Below are positions 61,894 to 64,000 of a DNA stretch of 64,000 nt, piece after piece (position 1 is the stretch's first letter; every line of letters starts with the position of its first letter). The notes beneath the pieces were generated by a model. It searched no databases. It worked only from the letters and a program-made list of their open reading frames with translations, and was not told the DNA's origin. Source of the stretch: an uncultured delta proteobacterium (GTDB lineage: Bacteria; Bdellovibrionota; FAC87; UBA2466); NCBI GenBank assembly GCA_963778115.1, contig CAVZSV010000005.1, positions 501,863 to 565,862 on the forward strand, given 5' to 3'. A program made the translations under genes and the position numbers.

Positions 61894-61925
61894 CGAACGA
61901 CAGGCGGGGGCCCGGACGGCGCGCG

Positions 61926-62940
61926 TCACGGCGGCCCAGTCGGTGCCGGCCGAAGAAGGCCAGCATGAGCCCGGTGGCGTCGATCTGGTCGGGTGGTGGC
62001 GCCGAAGGTGCCGGCCGAGAGGGACGACCGGCGAGCCGGGCCAGGTGTGGCCGCCGCCGAGCACCGTGTACAGCACCACCGAACTGCCGTGCGCGGCAGC
62101 CGGCCCAGGTCCGCCGGACCACCATGGTCGACAGCTGCCGCACGTCGGGGACGCCGTGGCGCACCGGTCGAGCCGGGCCCAGGCGTCGAGGTTCTGGACC
62201 GCCCCGGGCGACGGGGACGCCGGGCAGGAACGGCCGGTGCCGCCGGACCGGTAGGGGACGATGGGGTCGGCGGTCCCGTGGAAGGCGATGACCGGGAGCG
62301 GGCCGCGGCACGGGCGGAGCAGGAACTCCGCCGCCACCAGGCCGATGGCGGCGATCCGGTCGGCCGGGTGCAGCCGACGATGGCGGCGAACTCCGACCCG
62401 AGCGAGATGCCGGCCGTGTAGACCCGCTGCCGGTCCACGCAGTACCGGGCCGACAGCGTCCCGATGAGTGCGCTCACGTAGTCCAGGTCGGCGGTGCGGG
62501 CGCCCGGGGCCGACAGGTCCCACTGGCCGCCGACGGCGTCGGGGGTCGCCACCAGGTAGCCGGCCGCGGCGGCCCGGCGGGGCAGCTGCGTGTAGAGCGA
62601 CGTCTGGATGGCGTTGGAGCCGCTCCCGTGGAACAGCAGGATCAGGGGTGTGGCCCGGGACCGCCGGTAGTGGGTCGGGACGGCCAGCCGGTAGCTGCGG
62701 GTCACCCCTCCGACGACGAGGGACTGGACGACGTCGCCGGAGGCGCCGGACCGGCGGTCGGCCCGGGTGCCGGTGCGGGCCCGCCCGCACCCCGACCTGG
62801 CGGTGAAGACGACGGGGCCGGTGACCGGCACGGCCGGCGGTCGGCGCCACGCCTGGACCGGCGGCCACCAGCCGACGGCCAGCCAGTGCCACCGCCAACG
62901 CGGCCGCAGCGCGCGGTGAGGCGCCGGATCCGCGTGCCAC
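61926..62940 (-). pseudogene. Secreted PHB-depolymerase/LpqP-like esterase, frameshifted
   Basis: [16 protein letters not shown] nucleophile elbow, [19 protein letters not shown] in different frames. Confidence 0.75.
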
Positions 62941-62992
62941 GGCGGCAATGGCCGAGGCCGGTCGCCGGAGTGCCGGCGCCGGCGCCGGTACG

Positions 62993-64000
62993 TCAGGAGA
63001 CCAGGCCGCCGGTGTTGATGTTCAGGCCGTCGGTGCTCTTGGAGCGGTGGACCACCTGGATCTCGCTGAACTCGGCCAGGCCCCACGGGCCGTTCTCCAC
63101 GCCGACCCCGCTCCACTTGAAGCCGCCGAAGGGCTGCTGGGGGGCGAGGGCGAGGTGGGTGTTGACCCAGGCCGTGCCGCACTCCAGCCGGCCGGCGATG
63201 TCGGCGGCCCGATCGGCGTCGGCGCCCCACACCGAGCCGGACAGCCCGAAGTGGGTGGCGTTGGCCCGCTCGACCACGTCGTCCACGTCCCGGTAGGAGA
63301 TGACCGGCAGCGCCGGGCCGAACTGCTCCTCGTCGACGATCCGGGTCCCGTCGGTGACGTCGGCGAGGATGGTCGGCTCGAAGAAGTAGCCGGGGCCGTC
63401 CATGGCGTGGCCGCCGGTGGCGGCGGTGGCCCCGTGGGACATGGCGTCGGCCACCAGCTCCTTGACCCGCTCGTACTGGGGGGCGTTGTTGATCGGGCCG
63501 AGCTTGGAGTCGGCCTCGGTGCCGTCGCCCACCTTGATGGCCGAGGCCTGCGCGGACAGGCCCTCGACCACCTCGTCGTAGAGCGCCTCGGGCACGTAGA
63601 CGCGCTTGATGGCCGAGCACACCTGGCCGTTGTTGTTGAAGGCGCCGGCGAAGATGGCCTTGCTGACCACGGCGGGATCGGCGTCGTCGAGCACGATGGC
63701 CGGGATCGTTCCCGCCGAGCTCCAGGGTGACCCGCTTGAGGTCGGGCGCGGCCGACAGCGCCACCTTCTTGCCCGTCTCGATGGAGCCGGTGAAGCTGAC
63801 TTTCCGGGGCACCGGGTGGGTGGTCATCCAGGCACCGAGCTCGTCGCCGCCGCTGACCACGTTGAGCACGCCCGGGCGGCACCACGCCGCGGAGGATCTC
63901 GGCCACCTTGAGGGTGGTGAGGGGGGTGAAGGGCGAGGGCTTCAGCACCAGGGTGTTGCCGGCCAGCAGGGCCGGGGCGATCTTCCAGAACGCCAGCGTG
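62993..64000 (-). pseudogene. Aldehyde dehydrogenase, 5'-truncated by the window, frameshifted
   Basis: [43 protein letters not shown]. Confidence 0.88.

Overview
The window joins two very different sequences. Positions 1 to ~57,400 are moderate-GC DNA (roughly half G+C by eye) with nearly intact genes. The gene content (sigma54 enhancer-binding proteins, MshEN protein, many exported lipoproteins and beta-barrels) suggests a Bdellovibrionota/delta-proteobacterial type, which is an inference. This part carries: a polysaccharide locus with an embedded ParA; selB-selA-tatC-tatA divergent from an ApbE / FMN-binding protein / polyferredoxin / tatA operon; a diheme cytochrome lipoprotein and two paralogous porins; a two-component signalling block; divergent sigma54 promoters, one driving a candidate structured sRNA; a trehalose operon whose OtsA is fused to a membrane sensor-like module; a cytochrome c peroxidase; yfiH-rluD; and a non-canonical (7/5, bulged U5a) tRNA-Sec flanked by identical palindromes. 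From ~57,400 to the end the DNA is very GC-rich and actinobacterial-like (two ABC exporters, MarR, esterase, aldehyde dehydrogenase). Every gene there is frameshifted, which most likely marks a chimeric or low-accuracy assembly join. No CRISPR array, rRNA or integrase was seen.
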